A stretch of 50,909 nt of DNA from Bacteroidales bacterium (GCA_016285445.1 JAEEQV010000001.1:1-50909), one strand, 5' to 3'. Shown: positions 1 to 11,040, numbered from the stretch's first letter. Notes: generated by a model from the letters alone, not told the origin. A program made the numbers and translations.

Positions 1-1182
1 AATCACGTGGGTTTTGCCCGTTTCCTTCATTCCCATTTTGCCTGTCTGTGGGTCTTTTGACCATTCAACTTCGGCAACTTCCACACCTGTCAGGACACCA
101 TTTTTTCCAATGAAACGCTTACTTGCAAGATTCCAGTAACGGTCGCAACCTTCTTCGTGAGAACTTGAAGTTTTTAGAATCATAGGATAGTTTGGCCACG
201 GTGTTGCCGGGTTGAATCCGATTGGCGGTTTTGGCATAATTTCAATCTGTGTAACCGATGCTGCACCTTGACGTGTAGCTGTTCCCACGCAGTCGGAACC
301 AGTGTCGCCACCACCGATTACTAATACTTTCTTACCTTTGGCGCTGATTCTGTCGTCGGCAGAAACTTCCTCGCCGGCATTAATGTGGTTTTGCTGTTGC
401 AACAATTGCAATGCAAAATACACACCTTTCAAATCACGACCTTCGATAGGCAAGTCGCGTGGCTCGCCCGAACCCATGGTAAGACAGATTGCGTCGAATT
501 TTTTCAGCAATTCCTTACCAGTAATGTCGGTGCCGATGTGTGTGCTGGTGACAAACTCGATACCTTCGGCACGAAGCACGTCGAGACGACGGTCGATGAC
601 TTTTTTGTTTAATTTGAAATCAGGAATACCGAAACGGAGCAGACCGCCTATTGCGTTGTCTTTCTCGTAAACAGTAACCGAATGTCCCATTTTGTTGAGC
701 AAATCGGCAGTAGCCAATCCCGACGGGCCTGAACCGATAACGGCAATTTTTTTGCCCGAGCGAGTTTTCGGCGGACGAGGAACTATCATACCTTGGTTGA
801 ATGCATATTCAATCAAAGCAACCTCGTTTTCGCGACACGTAACCGCTTCGCCCGTTTGGGCAAGTACGCACGATTTTTCGCACAATGCCGGGCAAACACG
901 TCCCGTAAATTCAGGGAAATTGCTTGTCTGTTGCAGTTTTGCGACTGCTTCGCGCCATTTTCCCTTGTACATCAAATCCTGCCATTCAGGGTTTTTGTTT
1001 CCGAGCGGACATGCCCAGTGGCAGAACGGCACGCCACAGTCCATACAACGCGACGCCTGCAATTTTCTATCTTCAAGGTTCAACGTCTGTTCAACCTCAC
1101 TGAAATCAGTGACTCTTTCGTGTATCGGACGATATCCTGCTTCTTTTCGGCCTATCGTCATAAATGCTTTAGGATTTCCCAT
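1..1182 (-). CDS. gltD: glutamate synthase small subunit (GltD), partial; C-terminal end lies beyond the window edge
   Basis: The minus-strand frame is open from the ATG at 1182-1180 to position 1. It is absent from the ORF track because no stop falls in the window. My translation starts MGNPKAFMTIGRKEAGYRPIHERVTDFSEVEQTLNLEDRKLQASRCMDCGVPFCHWACPLGN, the typical GltD N-terminus with its Cys cluster. It starts 18 nt downstream of the gltB stop. Confidence 0.9.
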   Translation of the reverse strand, partial: MGNPKAFMTIGRKEAGYRPIHERVTDFSEVEQTLNLEDRKLQASRCMDCGVPFCHWACPLGNKNPEWQDLMYKGKWREAVAKLQQTSNFPEFTGRVCPALCEKSCVLAQTGEAVTCRENEVALIEYAFNQGMIVPRPPKTRSGKKIAVIGSGPSGLATADLLNKMGHSVTVYEKDNAIGGLLRFGIPDFKLNKKVIDRRLDVLRAEGIEFVTSTHIGTDITGKELLKKFDAICLTMGSGEPRDLPIEGRDLKGVYFALQLLQQQNHINAGEEVSADDRISAKGKKVLVIGGGDTGSDCVGTATRQGAASVTQIEIMPKPPIGFNPATPWPNYPMILKTSSSHEEGCDRYWNLASKRFIGKNGVLTGVEVAEVEWSKDPQTGKMGMKETGKTHVI

Positions 1183-1200
1183 AATCAATTGCTTTTGTGG

Positions 1201-4200
1201 TTAATAATCTCTTTCTACTTCTGCGATTTTCTTGTTGATAGCAGCAATTCTCTCATCGTGAAGCACTTTCTTGTACTCAATTGGAACAACCTTGATGAAT
1301 TTGTCAAGATAATCGTTCCAGTTGGTGAGAATGCGTTTCGCAATCGGACTACCCGTGTAGGTGTAGTGGTTGTAGATGAGATTTTGCAACTCGTGAACGT
1401 CGGAACTGTCTTCGAGAAGCGACAGTTCAACCATTTCCATGTTACAGAAATAATCGAAATTGCCTTGCATGTTCAGCACGTATGCGATACCGCCACTCAT
1501 ACCAGCCGCAAAGTTACGACCCGTAGAGCCAAGAATTACCGCACGTCCGCCGGTCATATACTCGCAGCAGTGGTCGCCCACGCCTTCCACAACAGCAATC
1601 GCACCGCTGTTTCGCACGCAGAAACGTTCACCCACACGGCCGCTGATATAGACCTCGCCAGAAGTGGCACCGTACAAAATCGTGTTTCCTGCAATAATGT
1701 TCTTTTCGGGAGCATACGTTGTTCCTTCGGCAGGAACCACAGCAATTTTACCACCCGAAAGACCTTTACCCACATAGTCGTTGGTGTCGCCTTCCAAACG
1801 GAACGTAACACCGTGAGTAAGGAATGCACCGAAACTTTGTCCGGCAGAGCCTTTGAACGTCACTTTGATGGTATCGTCAGGTAAACCAGCTTCTCCATAT
1901 TTTCTGACGATTTCGCCTGAAAGCATTGCACCTACAGTTCTGTCGGTGTTTTCTATCGGAAATTCAAGTTCTGATTTTGCACCACTTTCAATTGATGATT
2001 TTGTTTTTGCAATTAATTGATTGTCAATAACACTTTCAATTACGTTGATTCCTCTCTTTACGCAGTGAAGCGGATTAGTCTTTGCTTCCTCTGGCATATA
2101 AATCAACTTGGAAATGTCGATTTTGCTGATTTTCGGGTTGCAGTCGAATGTTTTTGGCACAATCAAGTCGGCACGGCCAACAGCTTCGTTCAATGTGCGA
2201 CAACCAAGTTGAGCTAAATGTTCACGAACATCTTCAGCCAAGAAGTTGAAGAAATTCATCACATATTCGTGACGACCCAAGAAACGTTTACGTAATTCAG
2301 GATCTTGTGTGGCAACACCCATAGGACACGTATTTTTGTGACATTTACGCATCATTACGCAGCCAAGCACAATCAGCACGCTCGTTCCGAAACCGAATTC
2401 CTCGGCACCAAGCAAAGCAGAGATAATTATGTCACGACCAGTTTTCAACTGACCATCGGCCTGCAAACGAACTAAACCACGCAAGTTGTTCATTACCAAC
2501 GTCTGTTGTGCTTCGGCAAGACCAAGTTCACCTGGCAGACCTGCATGTTTTACCGAACTTACCGGACTTGCTCCTGTTCCACCTTCGGCACCAGAAATCA
2601 AAATCAAGTCGGCTTTTGCCTTTGCAACACCTGCAGCAATCGTACCTACACCTGTTTCAGAAACCAATTTTACGCTAATGGCAGCTTTCGGATTTACATT
2701 ACGCAAATCATAGATAAGCTGTTTCAAATCCTCGATAGAATAAATATCGTGGTGAGGTGGTGGCGAAATCAACGAAATGCCAGGAATTGAGTGACGCGTT
2801 TTTGCAATCACTTTGTCAACCTTGAAGCCTGGCAACTGACCACCTTCACCCGGTTTTGCACCTTGAGCAACTTTAATCTGAATTTCGTCGGCGTTTACTA
2901 AATATTCAGTCGTTACACCGAAACGACCAGAAGCAACCTGTTTGATGGCACTACGTGTAGAAAGTCCGTCTTCGCGTGGTTTGTAGCGGTCGGAATCCTC
3001 GCCACCTTCACCCGTGTTGCTCTTCGTTCCTAATTTATTCATTGCCATGGCAATTGCCTCGTGAGCTTCGGCACTGATTGCACCGAACGACATGGCTCCT
3101 GCCACAAAATGTTTCACGATTTCGCTTGCTGGCTCAACTTCGGAAATGTCGATAGGATTACGTTTGTAGTCCATAAAGTCGCGAAGCCACATTGGATGAG
3201 CTTTCTCGTCAACAGCTTTGGTAAATTCCTTGAATTTTGCATAGTCGCCCGAGCGAGTTGCAAGTTGCAATTTCGAAATAGTTTCGGGGTTCCAAGCGTG
3301 CAGTTCACCGTCTTTGCGGAACGCATAGTTTCCAGCGTTAACCACAGTCCACGAATCTTCTGCATCGGGAGCGAACGCTTTCTTGTGAGCATCGGCAATG
3401 TCACGGTAAATGTCGGACATATCGATACCGCCAATTTTGGAGTTCGTTCCTTTGAAATATTTGTCAAGTACGTAAGAACCAATGCCGATTGCTTCGAAAA
3501 TCTGAGCTCCACGATAACTACGTATTGTGGCAATACCCATTTTCGACATAATCTTCATGATACCCTTCGTGACTGCCTTAATGTAGTGATTTTGAGCACT
3601 TTCGTAGTCAAGAGAGATGTTTCCTTTCTTAATTTCTTCCTGAAGAACGGCGAATGCCATGTATGGGTTCACAATGTTTGCTCCGTAACCGAACAACAAC
3701 GCAAAGTGCATAACTTCACGAGGTTCTGCGGTTTCAACCACGATAGCCGTCTGCATACGTTTGCGTTTTTCAACCAAATAATGGTGAACGGCAGAAACAG
3801 CCAAAAGCGACGGAATTGCCGCATGTTGTGCGTCGATACCACGGTCGCTCAACACGATGTAGTTTTTACCAGCGTCAACAGCTTTCTCTGCCGATTTACA
3901 AAGTTCGTCAACAGCTTTTTCCAATCCTTCGGCACCAGATTGTGGGTCGAACAACATTGGCAACACTGTAGTTGAGAAACCTTTGTAGTTCAAGTTCAGA
4001 AGCAAATCAAACTGAATGTTTGTAAGAATAGGATTTTTGATTTTCACCATCTTACAAATTTCAGGAGCAGGTTCCAACAAATTCGTGTGGATAGATCCCA
4101 CGTAGTTTGTCATTGACATTACCAATTCCTCGCGAATCGGGTCAATAGGCGGGTTGGTAACTTGTGCGAACAACTGACGGAAGTAGGCGAACAAACGTTG

Positions 4201-5712
4201 AGGTTTGTCGGAAATAACAGCAAGAGGCGTGTCGTTACCCATTGAGTTAACAGGTTCCTTGCCTTCCAAAGCCATTGATGTAATAAGAAAATCAATATCT
4301 TCCTTGGTGTAGCCGAATTCCGTAACCATTGCCTTGTAGTTCGGCAGACTGATTTCGGCAGTTCTACCCGAAGAAACCGTAGCCAAGTCGATTCTGTTTT
4401 TGTTCAGCCATTCTCTATAAGGATATGCCTTTGCAAGAGAATCCTTGATTTCGGCATCGTAATGGATTTCGCCTTTTTCCGTATCGATGAGGAACATTTT
4501 TCCAGGACGAAGACGACCTTTTTCGCGAATGTCGGATGCCTTGAATTTCAAAACACCTGTTTCTGACGCCATTACCAACAAGTCATCGTTTGTGATAAGG
4601 TAACGGGCAGGACGAAGACCATTTCTGTCCAACATACCGCCAGCATAGCGACCATCGGTGAACATAAGATCAGCAGGACCGTCCCATGGTTCCATAAACA
4701 TGCTGTGATATTCGTAGAAAGCTTTCAAATCCTCGGAAATCGGGTTCTTTTCGTTCCAACTTTCAGGCACAAGCATCGAAAGTGCGTGTGGCAGCGACAA
4801 TCCTGCCATCATCAAGAATTCGAACACGTTGTCGAGCGAAGCACTATCGCTCATGTCAGGTTGAACGATAGGGAACAAATCTTTCAGATTACCGAGTTTG
4901 TCGGATTTAAGCACGCTTTCGCGGGCAGTCATCCAGATTCTGTTACCTTTTATGGTATTGATTTCACCGTTGTGTCCCAACAAACGGAACGGTTGAGCCA
5001 AGTTCCACGTTGGGAACGTGTTGGTACTGAAACGAGAGTGAACCAACGAAATGGCACTGGTGAAATTCGGGTTAGTCAAATCTTTGTAGTATTCGCGCAA
5101 TTGCGGAGACGTCAACATACCTTTGTAAACAATGGTTTTTGTTGACAAGCTATTGATATAGAAATCGCTTTTGTGTTCCATTGAGGAATTCATCACAGCA
5201 ATTTCCGATTTTTTACGTACGATGTACAATTTGCGCTCCAATTCGTCTTGACTGTCGCAGCCAGTTATGAATAACTGTTTGATTTGCGGTTCCGTAGCAA
5301 GCGAGCCTTTCCCCAAGATGCTGTTGTCAACGGGAACATCGCGAACGGCGATCAGTGACAGAGCTTCCGAAGCAATTTCCTTTTTAATTATTGCAAGACA
5401 TTCTTCCGCTTCGGCATTATTTTTAGGAAGAAATATCAAGCCTGTTCCGTATTTACCTTTTTCAGGAACAGCAATTCCTTGTAAGAGAATAAATTCGTGA
5501 GGAATCTGTACCAAAATACCGGCACCATCGCCAGTTTTTGAGTCAATTCCTTCTGCGCCACGATGGTTCATGTGTTCCAATACTTGCAGACCTTTCTCCA
5601 CAATATCGTGGGATTTTCCGCCGTGGAGCTGGGCAACAATACCAACACCACACGCATCGTGTTCGTTTTCAGGATTGTACAATCCTTGTTGTTTTGGGTA
5701 AGTTGATTTCAT
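1201..5712 (-). CDS. gltB: glutamate synthase large subunit (GltB)
   Basis: 1503-aa ORF. It has the N-terminal amidotransferase motif NEHDACGVG, FMN and Fe-S domain motifs, and a C-terminal GXGXG domain, and it is followed by gltD. Confidence 0.97.
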   Translation of the reverse strand: MKSTYPKQQGLYNPENEHDACGVGIVAQLHGGKSHDIVEKGLQVLEHMNHRGAEGIDSKTGDGAGILVQIPHEFILLQGIAVPEKGKYGTGLIFLPKNNAEAEECLAIIKKEIASEALSLIAVRDVPVDNSILGKGSLATEPQIKQLFITGCDSQDELERKLYIVRKKSEIAVMNSSMEHKSDFYINSLSTKTIVYKGMLTSPQLREYYKDLTNPNFTSAISLVHSRFSTNTFPTWNLAQPFRLLGHNGEINTIKGNRIWMTARESVLKSDKLGNLKDLFPIVQPDMSDSASLDNVFEFLMMAGLSLPHALSMLVPESWNEKNPISEDLKAFYEYHSMFMEPWDGPADLMFTDGRYAGGMLDRNGLRPARYLITNDDLLVMASETGVLKFKASDIREKGRLRPGKMFLIDTEKGEIHYDAEIKDSLAKAYPYREWLNKNRIDLATVSSGRTAEISLPNYKAMVTEFGYTKEDIDFLITSMALEGKEPVNSMGNDTPLAVISDKPQRLFAYFRQLFAQVTNPPIDPIREELVMSMTNYVGSIHTNLLEPAPEICKMVKIKNPILTNIQFDLLLNLNYKGFSTTVLPMLFDPQSGAEGLEKAVDELCKSAEKAVDAGKNYIVLSDRGIDAQHAAIPSLLAVSAVHHYLVEKRKRMQTAIVVETAEPREVMHFALLFGYGANIVNPYMAFAVLQEEIKKGNISLDYESAQNHYIKAVTKGIMKIMSKMGIATIRSYRGAQIFEAIGIGSYVLDKYFKGTNSKIGGIDMSDIYRDIADAHKKAFAPDAEDSWTVVNAGNYAFRKDGELHAWNPETISKLQLATRSGDYAKFKEFTKAVDEKAHPMWLRDFMDYKRNPIDISEVEPASEIVKHFVAGAMSFGAISAEAHEAIAMAMNKLGTKSNTGEGGEDSDRYKPREDGLSTRSAIKQVASGRFGVTTEYLVNADEIQIKVAQGAKPGEGGQLPGFKVDKVIAKTRHSIPGISLISPPPHHDIYSIEDLKQLIYDLRNVNPKAAISVKLVSETGVGTIAAGVAKAKADLILISGAEGGTGASPVSSVKHAGLPGELGLAEAQQTLVMNNLRGLVRLQADGQLKTGRDIIISALLGAEEFGFGTSVLIVLGCVMMRKCHKNTCPMGVATQDPELRKRFLGRHEYVMNFFNFLAEDVREHLAQLGCRTLNEAVGRADLIVPKTFDCNPKISKIDISKLIYMPEEAKTNPLHCVKRGINVIESVIDNQLIAKTKSSIESGAKSELEFPIENTDRTVGAMLSGEIVRKYGEAGLPDDTIKVTFKGSAGQSFGAFLTHGVTFRLEGDTNDYVGKGLSGGKIAVVPAEGTTYAPEKNIIAGNTILYGATSGEVYISGRVGERFCVRNSGAIAVVEGVGDHCCEYMTGGRAVILGSTGRNFAAGMSGGIAYVLNMQGNFDYFCNMEMVELSLLEDSSDVHELQNLIYNHYTYTGSPIAKRILTNWNDYLDKFIKVVPIEYKKVLHDERIAAINKKIAEVERDY

Positions 5713-5733
5713 TTTTATTATGTTTTGTGTTTC

Positions 5734-5764
5734 AAAAAGGACGACTGCCGTCCGACAGCCGTCC
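5734..5764 (-). terminator. intrinsic terminator downstream of glnN
   Basis: On the minus strand, a 9-bp stem (5739-5747 pairing with 5756-5764) is followed by TTTTT (5738-5734). One pair is G-U only when read on the minus strand, and the stem starts 12 nt after the glnN stop. Confidence 0.7.
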
Positions 5765-5775
5765 CGTGCAAAATT

Positions 5776-7971
5776 TTATCGAATAAACAACAATTCTCTG
5801 TATTTAGGCAACGTCCACATTTCGTCGTCAACAATCATTTCAAGCTTGTCGGCGTGGTAACGGATAGTGTCGAAGTACGGCAAAACTGTTTCCTGATATG
5901 CGATAGCCTTTTTCTTTTCGTCTTTGATTTTATTAGCAACCTTACGTGCCTCAACCATTTTCTCTACGGAATCCTTAACTGCGGAAATATGTTCCGAAAG
6001 ATCTTCAATCGTAGAGTTGTCGTGAGCAGCCAATTTCTTTGCCTTTGCAGCGCCATATACTTGTGACATTTTGAATACGTTATCCAAAAGCATTGACTGA
6101 TAGCGAGTTGCAACTGGAATAATATGGTTGAGAACTAAATCGCCAAGTACACGAGCCTCGATTTGGATTTTCTTTGTGTAGATTTCCCATTTAACCTCGT
6201 TACGAGCTTCAAGTTCTTTGGCAGTGAATACGCCGCAGCCCTCGAACATTGCGATAGATTCTTTCTTAGTGTAAGCGTCGTAGATTTTTGGAACGCTTGT
6301 TTCGCAGTCCAAACCACGTTTTTTCGCTTCTTTCTTCCATTCGTCGCTGTAACCGTTACCGTCAAAACGGATTGCCTTACATTCTTTTATGTATGCTTTC
6401 AAAACTGAGAAGATAGCTTCTTCTTTGCCCATGCCTTTTGCAATCTTAGCATCAACGGCAATCTTGAATTCTTTCAACTGAGCAGCTACGGCAGTGTTCA
6501 ATGCAATCATTGCAGAACCGCAGTTTGCCGAAGAACCAACAGCACGGAACTCAAAACGGTTTCCTGTGAATGCGAATGGCGACGTACGGTTACGGTCGGT
6601 ATTGTCGAGCAATACTTCTGGCAATTTTGCGATACCAAGGCTCACTTTACGTTTACCGTCAACTTTAAGAGCTTCACCACCGCTGTTTTTCTCAATTTTA
6701 TCAAGAATTGCCGACAACTGTGAGCCCAAGAAGATTGAGATAATTGCTGGAGGTGCTTCGTTCGCACCAAGACGGTGAGCGTTGGAAGCTGTCATAATAG
6801 AAGCCTTCAACAATGCGTTGTTTTTGTAAACGGCCATCAATGTGTTTACAATAAATGTAACGAACTGAAGGTTTTCCGTTGCAGTCTTGCCAGGAGTGAA
6901 CAAGCCCACGCCTGTGTTAGTTCCGAGTGACCAGTTGTTGTGTTTTCCCGAACCGTTGATTCCTGCAAATGGTTTTTCGTGCAAAAGTACGCGGAATCCG
7001 TGTTTGCGGGCGATACGTTTCATTATCGACATAATCAACAAGTTCTGGTCGCTTGCCAAGTTTGTTTCACCAAAAATTGGAGCCAACTCGAACTGGTTCG
7101 GAGCAACCTCGTTGTGACGAGTTTTGCAAGGAATACCATATTTATATGCCTCGAATTCAATTTCTTTCATAAATGCCTGAACACGTTCAGGAATAGCACC
7201 GAAATAGTGGTCTTCCAACTGCTGGTTTTTAGCCGATTCGTGACCTACCAACGTACGACCAGTCAGCAACAAGTCTGGACGAGTAGCGTACAAACCTTCG
7301 TCAACCAAGAAATATTCCTGTTCCCAACCTAAATATGAATACACTTTCTTCACATTTTTGTCGAAATACTGGCAAACCGAAACAGCTGCCTTGTCAACCG
7401 CATTCAACGCTTTCAAAAGCGGAGCCTTGTAGTCAAGTGATTCTCCCGTGTATGAAATGAATACGGTAGGAATACATAATGTATCATCAACGATGAATGC
7501 TGGTGATGAAGGATCCCATGCAGAGTAACCACGAGCTTCGAATGTGTTACGCAAACCGCCACTTGGGAAACTTGATGCGTCAGGTTCCTGCTGAACAAGC
7601 AATTTTCCAGAGAATTCCTCGATTACGCCTTCACCTGGAGCGCCAGCATATTCAATGAATGAATCGTGTTTTTCGGCAGTTCCGTCGGTCAATGGTTGGA
7701 ACCAGTGCGTGTAGTGAGTTGCGCCCATATCCATAGCCCACTGTTTCATACCGGCAGCAACGTGGTTTGCAATGTCGCGGTCCAACGTCGCACCATTATC
7801 AATTACGTCACGAATGACTTTTACTGTTTCTTTTGACAAGTATTTGGCCATCTGTTCACGACCAAAAACATACTTTCCGAAATACTCCGAAGTCAGACCT
7901 TGAGGAGCTTCCACGGCCATCGCTTTCTTCTTGAAAGCCTCGCCTACCACTTGAAATCTTAAATTTGCCAT
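5776..7971 (-). CDS. glnN: glutamine synthetase type III
   Basis: 731-aa ORF. Its length and sequence (MANLRFQVVGEAFKK..., FELAPIF, GSGKHNNWS) match the Bacteroides-type GS III. Confidence 0.93.
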   Translation of the reverse strand: MANLRFQVVGEAFKKKAMAVEAPQGLTSEYFGKYVFGREQMAKYLSKETVKVIRDVIDNGATLDRDIANHVAAGMKQWAMDMGATHYTHWFQPLTDGTAEKHDSFIEYAGAPGEGVIEEFSGKLLVQQEPDASSFPSGGLRNTFEARGYSAWDPSSPAFIVDDTLCIPTVFISYTGESLDYKAPLLKALNAVDKAAVSVCQYFDKNVKKVYSYLGWEQEYFLVDEGLYATRPDLLLTGRTLVGHESAKNQQLEDHYFGAIPERVQAFMKEIEFEAYKYGIPCKTRHNEVAPNQFELAPIFGETNLASDQNLLIMSIMKRIARKHGFRVLLHEKPFAGINGSGKHNNWSLGTNTGVGLFTPGKTATENLQFVTFIVNTLMAVYKNNALLKASIMTASNAHRLGANEAPPAIISIFLGSQLSAILDKIEKNSGGEALKVDGKRKVSLGIAKLPEVLLDNTDRNRTSPFAFTGNRFEFRAVGSSANCGSAMIALNTAVAAQLKEFKIAVDAKIAKGMGKEEAIFSVLKAYIKECKAIRFDGNGYSDEWKKEAKKRGLDCETSVPKIYDAYTKKESIAMFEGCGVFTAKELEARNEVKWEIYTKKIQIEARVLGDLVLNHIIPVATRYQSMLLDNVFKMSQVYGAAKAKKLAAHDNSTIEDLSEHISAVKDSVEKMVEARKVANKIKDEKKKAIAYQETVLPYFDTIRYHADKLEMIVDDEMWTLPKYRELLFIR

Positions 7972-8233
7972 ATCCTTTGGTTTTTATGATTTACATTATA
8001 ATTAGCATTTATCCGTCTTTCTGTAACCGTTTTAATGCATTTGCTTTAAATTTTCAATGCAAATAAACGAATTATATTTCAAAATGAAAGCAAAACGCAA
8101 GAAAAAATTAAAGTTTTTATACAAATTACGTGGATTTCGTATAAATGCATAATCGAAAAATAGGGAATCGCTTACAAAAATGAAAGTATAGCATGGATTG
8201 GTTTTGCGGCTTTTCCTTGCTCGTTTTTATGCT

Positions 8234-8269
8234 ATAAAGAACGGTTACTATGTAGTAACCGTTCTTTAT
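8234..8269 (-). terminator. long perfect hairpin downstream of the GH8 gene (probable terminator, no U-tract)
   Basis: AAAGAACGGTTAC (8236-8248) pairs perfectly with GTAACCGTTCTTT (8255-8267). The hairpin lies about 40 nt past the stop at 8305. Confidence 0.5.
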
Positions 8270-8304
8270 CATATATTGTTAGAACACGCTAACGTTCGTA
8301 AAAT

Positions 8305-11040
8305 TTACTTTTTAATGAACTGGGTCGTTTTTATATTCCCGTCAACAAAAACAATTCGGAGCGTGTACATTCCCGTAGGGAAACCACTCATAAGAAATGT
8401 CGTATTTGGTTGATTTACCGCAATCTTTGTTTTTGCGCCATTGACCTCAACAAGTTCTATGTAAGAAATCTCGCCATTTCCCTTCACAAAAATCTCCGAC
8501 ACACAAGGATTCGGATAAACGCTTACCTCGGCAGAAACGGTTTCTATTGCCGTCTTTATCACAGCTGCTTTGAATTTTTTCACTGCTTTCTCCAATGTGG
8601 AAACAGCTTGGGAGATTTCGCTTGTTGTAAGACCAAACGTGTCGTACGCATTTTGTGCCTCTGCTATTGCGGCATCCAATTCGTCTTTCGCCGTTTGTGG
8701 ATAATTTCCTTTTGCCGTGCCAATAATTGCTTCGGAACTTACCAACTGCGCCGCTTTGATTGCCTTATCCAAAACTTTCTTGTCGCCGTACGACGAAGAC
8801 TGGAAGGCAGAAATGGCCGCATTGAGAGCCGTATTTGTGGAATCAAGCTCGTCAAACGTTGCTTGCGTTTTTAAGTACTCGTTTGCGGCTGATTGTATTT
8901 CCGTAGCAAACTTGTCTATTGCCACTTGGGAATATTTTTCCGTTGTGGCATTGGCATACAGCGAATTAGCAGAGATGAGCGTGGTCGTCAACTGATTTCT
9001 ATCTGTTTCCGAAGGAGAAATAGTTCTGCCAATCAACACTACCTCATCAATATAGAAAGAGCCACTTCCCGTCACTTCTTTCCACTGAAAACCGGTAACT
9101 TCCGTAACATAGCCACTCGTGATGAAATCGTCGGCAACATCTTCCCAGGTTAATTCTATTTTTGTCCATTCTTCATGAGCTTCAATATCATAGGTCTGAT
9201 ATGAATATCCCGCATTACGTTTTGTCACGGTCTTTGCCTCCAAAATACATGCGTCGCCCTTGTGATAAAACGAAAAACCAGTGGAACCGGAACAATCCAA
9301 TGGCGATTCGCCGTTCAATATGTTGAACCCTGTACCGGCATAACTTTTTACATCGGTAAACTCAAAGTAAATGGAATGTTCCGTATCATCCGCACCCGAC
9401 TCCACTACTTTATACGATTGTTTTGAACCGTCGGAATATGAATACCAGCGACCGCCAAGCAAGGTGTTTTCCGTCTCGCAATCAGTTAAATTGGTGTTTC
9501 CACCTACTTCAAACACGTGATTGAGCACTGGTATGGCAAGTGCAGGCTGTAATTTTCCTCCCTGCGTACTTTCAAGTTGGTCACCCGAATAAGAAAGAAT
9601 GACGGCATTGTTTGCCAGAACAGTATTTTCTTTGAGTCCCAAATAAATATTTTTCTCCGAAACCATCATTAACGTAAACGGGTCGGCAACCGCCTGACCA
9701 TTCACGTTCAACGAGAAACCACTAAAATCTGTCGTCAATTCCGACATCATTTTGCTACACGAAACAACTATCGTTTCCCCGTCGGTTTCGGCCGAAGTCA
9801 ATACCGGATTTACAATAATTTGAGGTGCGCAATCATCCAACGCATAGAAATTTGCCGCATTCCCCGACGTTACCAGCAAATACAAAACTTGCAATGTTGG
9901 AGAATAATAGGGATTTTCCTCTCTCGTAAATAATTTTTCGTGAAAGCCATTCAAATATTCTTGTTGCGACTCGTCGGTAGCCAAAGCACAAGCGTAAGCT
10001 CCCATAAATGCGGAACTTCCTCCTCCTATCGAAGTCGTTAAATCAGCATACGATTCAGCGTCAAGATTTTTAAATCCAGACGATTTTCCCGGTTTTGCCA
10101 GAATATCACGGGCTGCCAGCATCTCGATGGTTTTTGCCATCATATTCTTGCTACTTTCTGTTCCAAACCACAAATAATCCCATCCAACTCGCCACGGAAC
10201 GCGACACGCATCCCAACCGCAATCCATCGAAGTCAAATCGTACGGACTTCTATCGACTAACGAGCCGTCCCAATTGTTCCAGTTTGCCCAAACGCCGTTT
10301 TTTTGAGAAAGTTCCAAAAAGGTGTGGCAGTCATCGTAAACCGTCTGCCAATCATGTTGAATCGCAAACGAGAAATATTCCTGTGTCTGTTTAAACACAC
10401 CGACAGAAGCAACGGTAAAATAACACGCGTTTGCAGTACTGCTCCAACTGTCTCCTGGATTAAATAACGTCAACAAATTACCTTTTACATCGTGCGTGCC
10501 AACTTCCTTTTTATAAATATTGTCCAACAATATCTCCGCTTCGTCGGCATAGGAGTACGATGAAGAATATCCCCATTGCTTTGCCGCCAGACAAAGAGCA
10601 AGGGCTACGTCCAAATCGGCATCGGTAGCGGCATTGTACGAGTCAATGCTCTCAAAACCATAGATTTTCCAATGCATCAAACCGTAACTGTCGCTCCATT
10701 TTTTATAATATGCATACAATTTATCGAATCGGTCTTGACAAAAATCGTTGGTCGCGTTTGCCATATATACGTAAATCAACATTCCATACCCAATTCCTTC
10801 CGAAACCGTATAAGCCTCGGAATCAAAGCGAATACGACCAAATTGCCCGTCGGCACTTTCACGATACATTGCCTTGTCCCAGCGAAGGAAAATTTCTTGA
10901 ACCTGATCATTATAAGGATTCTCGGCAGCAATTCCATACGGATACTTGTACGATTGTTCATTCATAGGGAAAGGGAACTTTTGCCCGAAAACGAATGTTG
11001 CTAATATAAGAGCTAACAAAGAAAGATTTATTTTTCTCAT
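8305..11040 (-). CDS. secreted multidomain glycoside hydrolase family 8 protein with a T9SS C-terminal sorting domain
   Basis: A GH8 signature-like segment is present (ATDADLDVALALCLAAKQW, preceded by SEGIGYGML). The signal peptide is MRKINLSLLALILATFVFGQ. A central beta-rich putative carbohydrate-binding region and an alpha-helical repeat region follow. The C-terminus (VYPNPCVSEIFVKG...YTLRIVF) resembles a Por/T9SS sorting domain. I trimmed the start from 11094 to the ATG at 11040, which precedes the signal peptide. Confidence 0.85.
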   Translation of the reverse strand: MRKINLSLLALILATFVFGQKFPFPMNEQSYKYPYGIAAENPYNDQVQEIFLRWDKAMYRESADGQFGRIRFDSEAYTVSEGIGYGMLIYVYMANATNDFCQDRFDKLYAYYKKWSDSYGLMHWKIYGFESIDSYNAATDADLDVALALCLAAKQWGYSSSYSYADEAEILLDNIYKKEVGTHDVKGNLLTLFNPGDSWSSTANACYFTVASVGVFKQTQEYFSFAIQHDWQTVYDDCHTFLELSQKNGVWANWNNWDGSLVDRSPYDLTSMDCGWDACRVPWRVGWDYLWFGTESSKNMMAKTIEMLAARDILAKPGKSSGFKNLDAESYADLTTSIGGGSSAFMGAYACALATDESQQEYLNGFHEKLFTREENPYYSPTLQVLYLLVTSGNAANFYALDDCAPQIIVNPVLTSAETDGETIVVSCSKMMSELTTDFSGFSLNVNGQAVADPFTLMMVSEKNIYLGLKENTVLANNAVILSYSGDQLESTQGGKLQPALAIPVLNHVFEVGGNTNLTDCETENTLLGGRWYSYSDGSKQSYKVVESGADDTEHSIYFEFTDVKSYAGTGFNILNGESPLDCSGSTGFSFYHKGDACILEAKTVTKRNAGYSYQTYDIEAHEEWTKIELTWEDVADDFITSGYVTEVTGFQWKEVTGSGSFYIDEVVLIGRTISPSETDRNQLTTTLISANSLYANATTEKYSQVAIDKFATEIQSAANEYLKTQATFDELDSTNTALNAAISAFQSSSYGDKKVLDKAIKAAQLVSSEAIIGTAKGNYPQTAKDELDAAIAEAQNAYDTFGLTTSEISQAVSTLEKAVKKFKAAVIKTAIETVSAEVSVYPNPCVSEIFVKGNGEISYIELVEVNGAKTKIAVNQPNTTFLMSGFPTGMYTLRIVFVDGNIKTTQFIKK

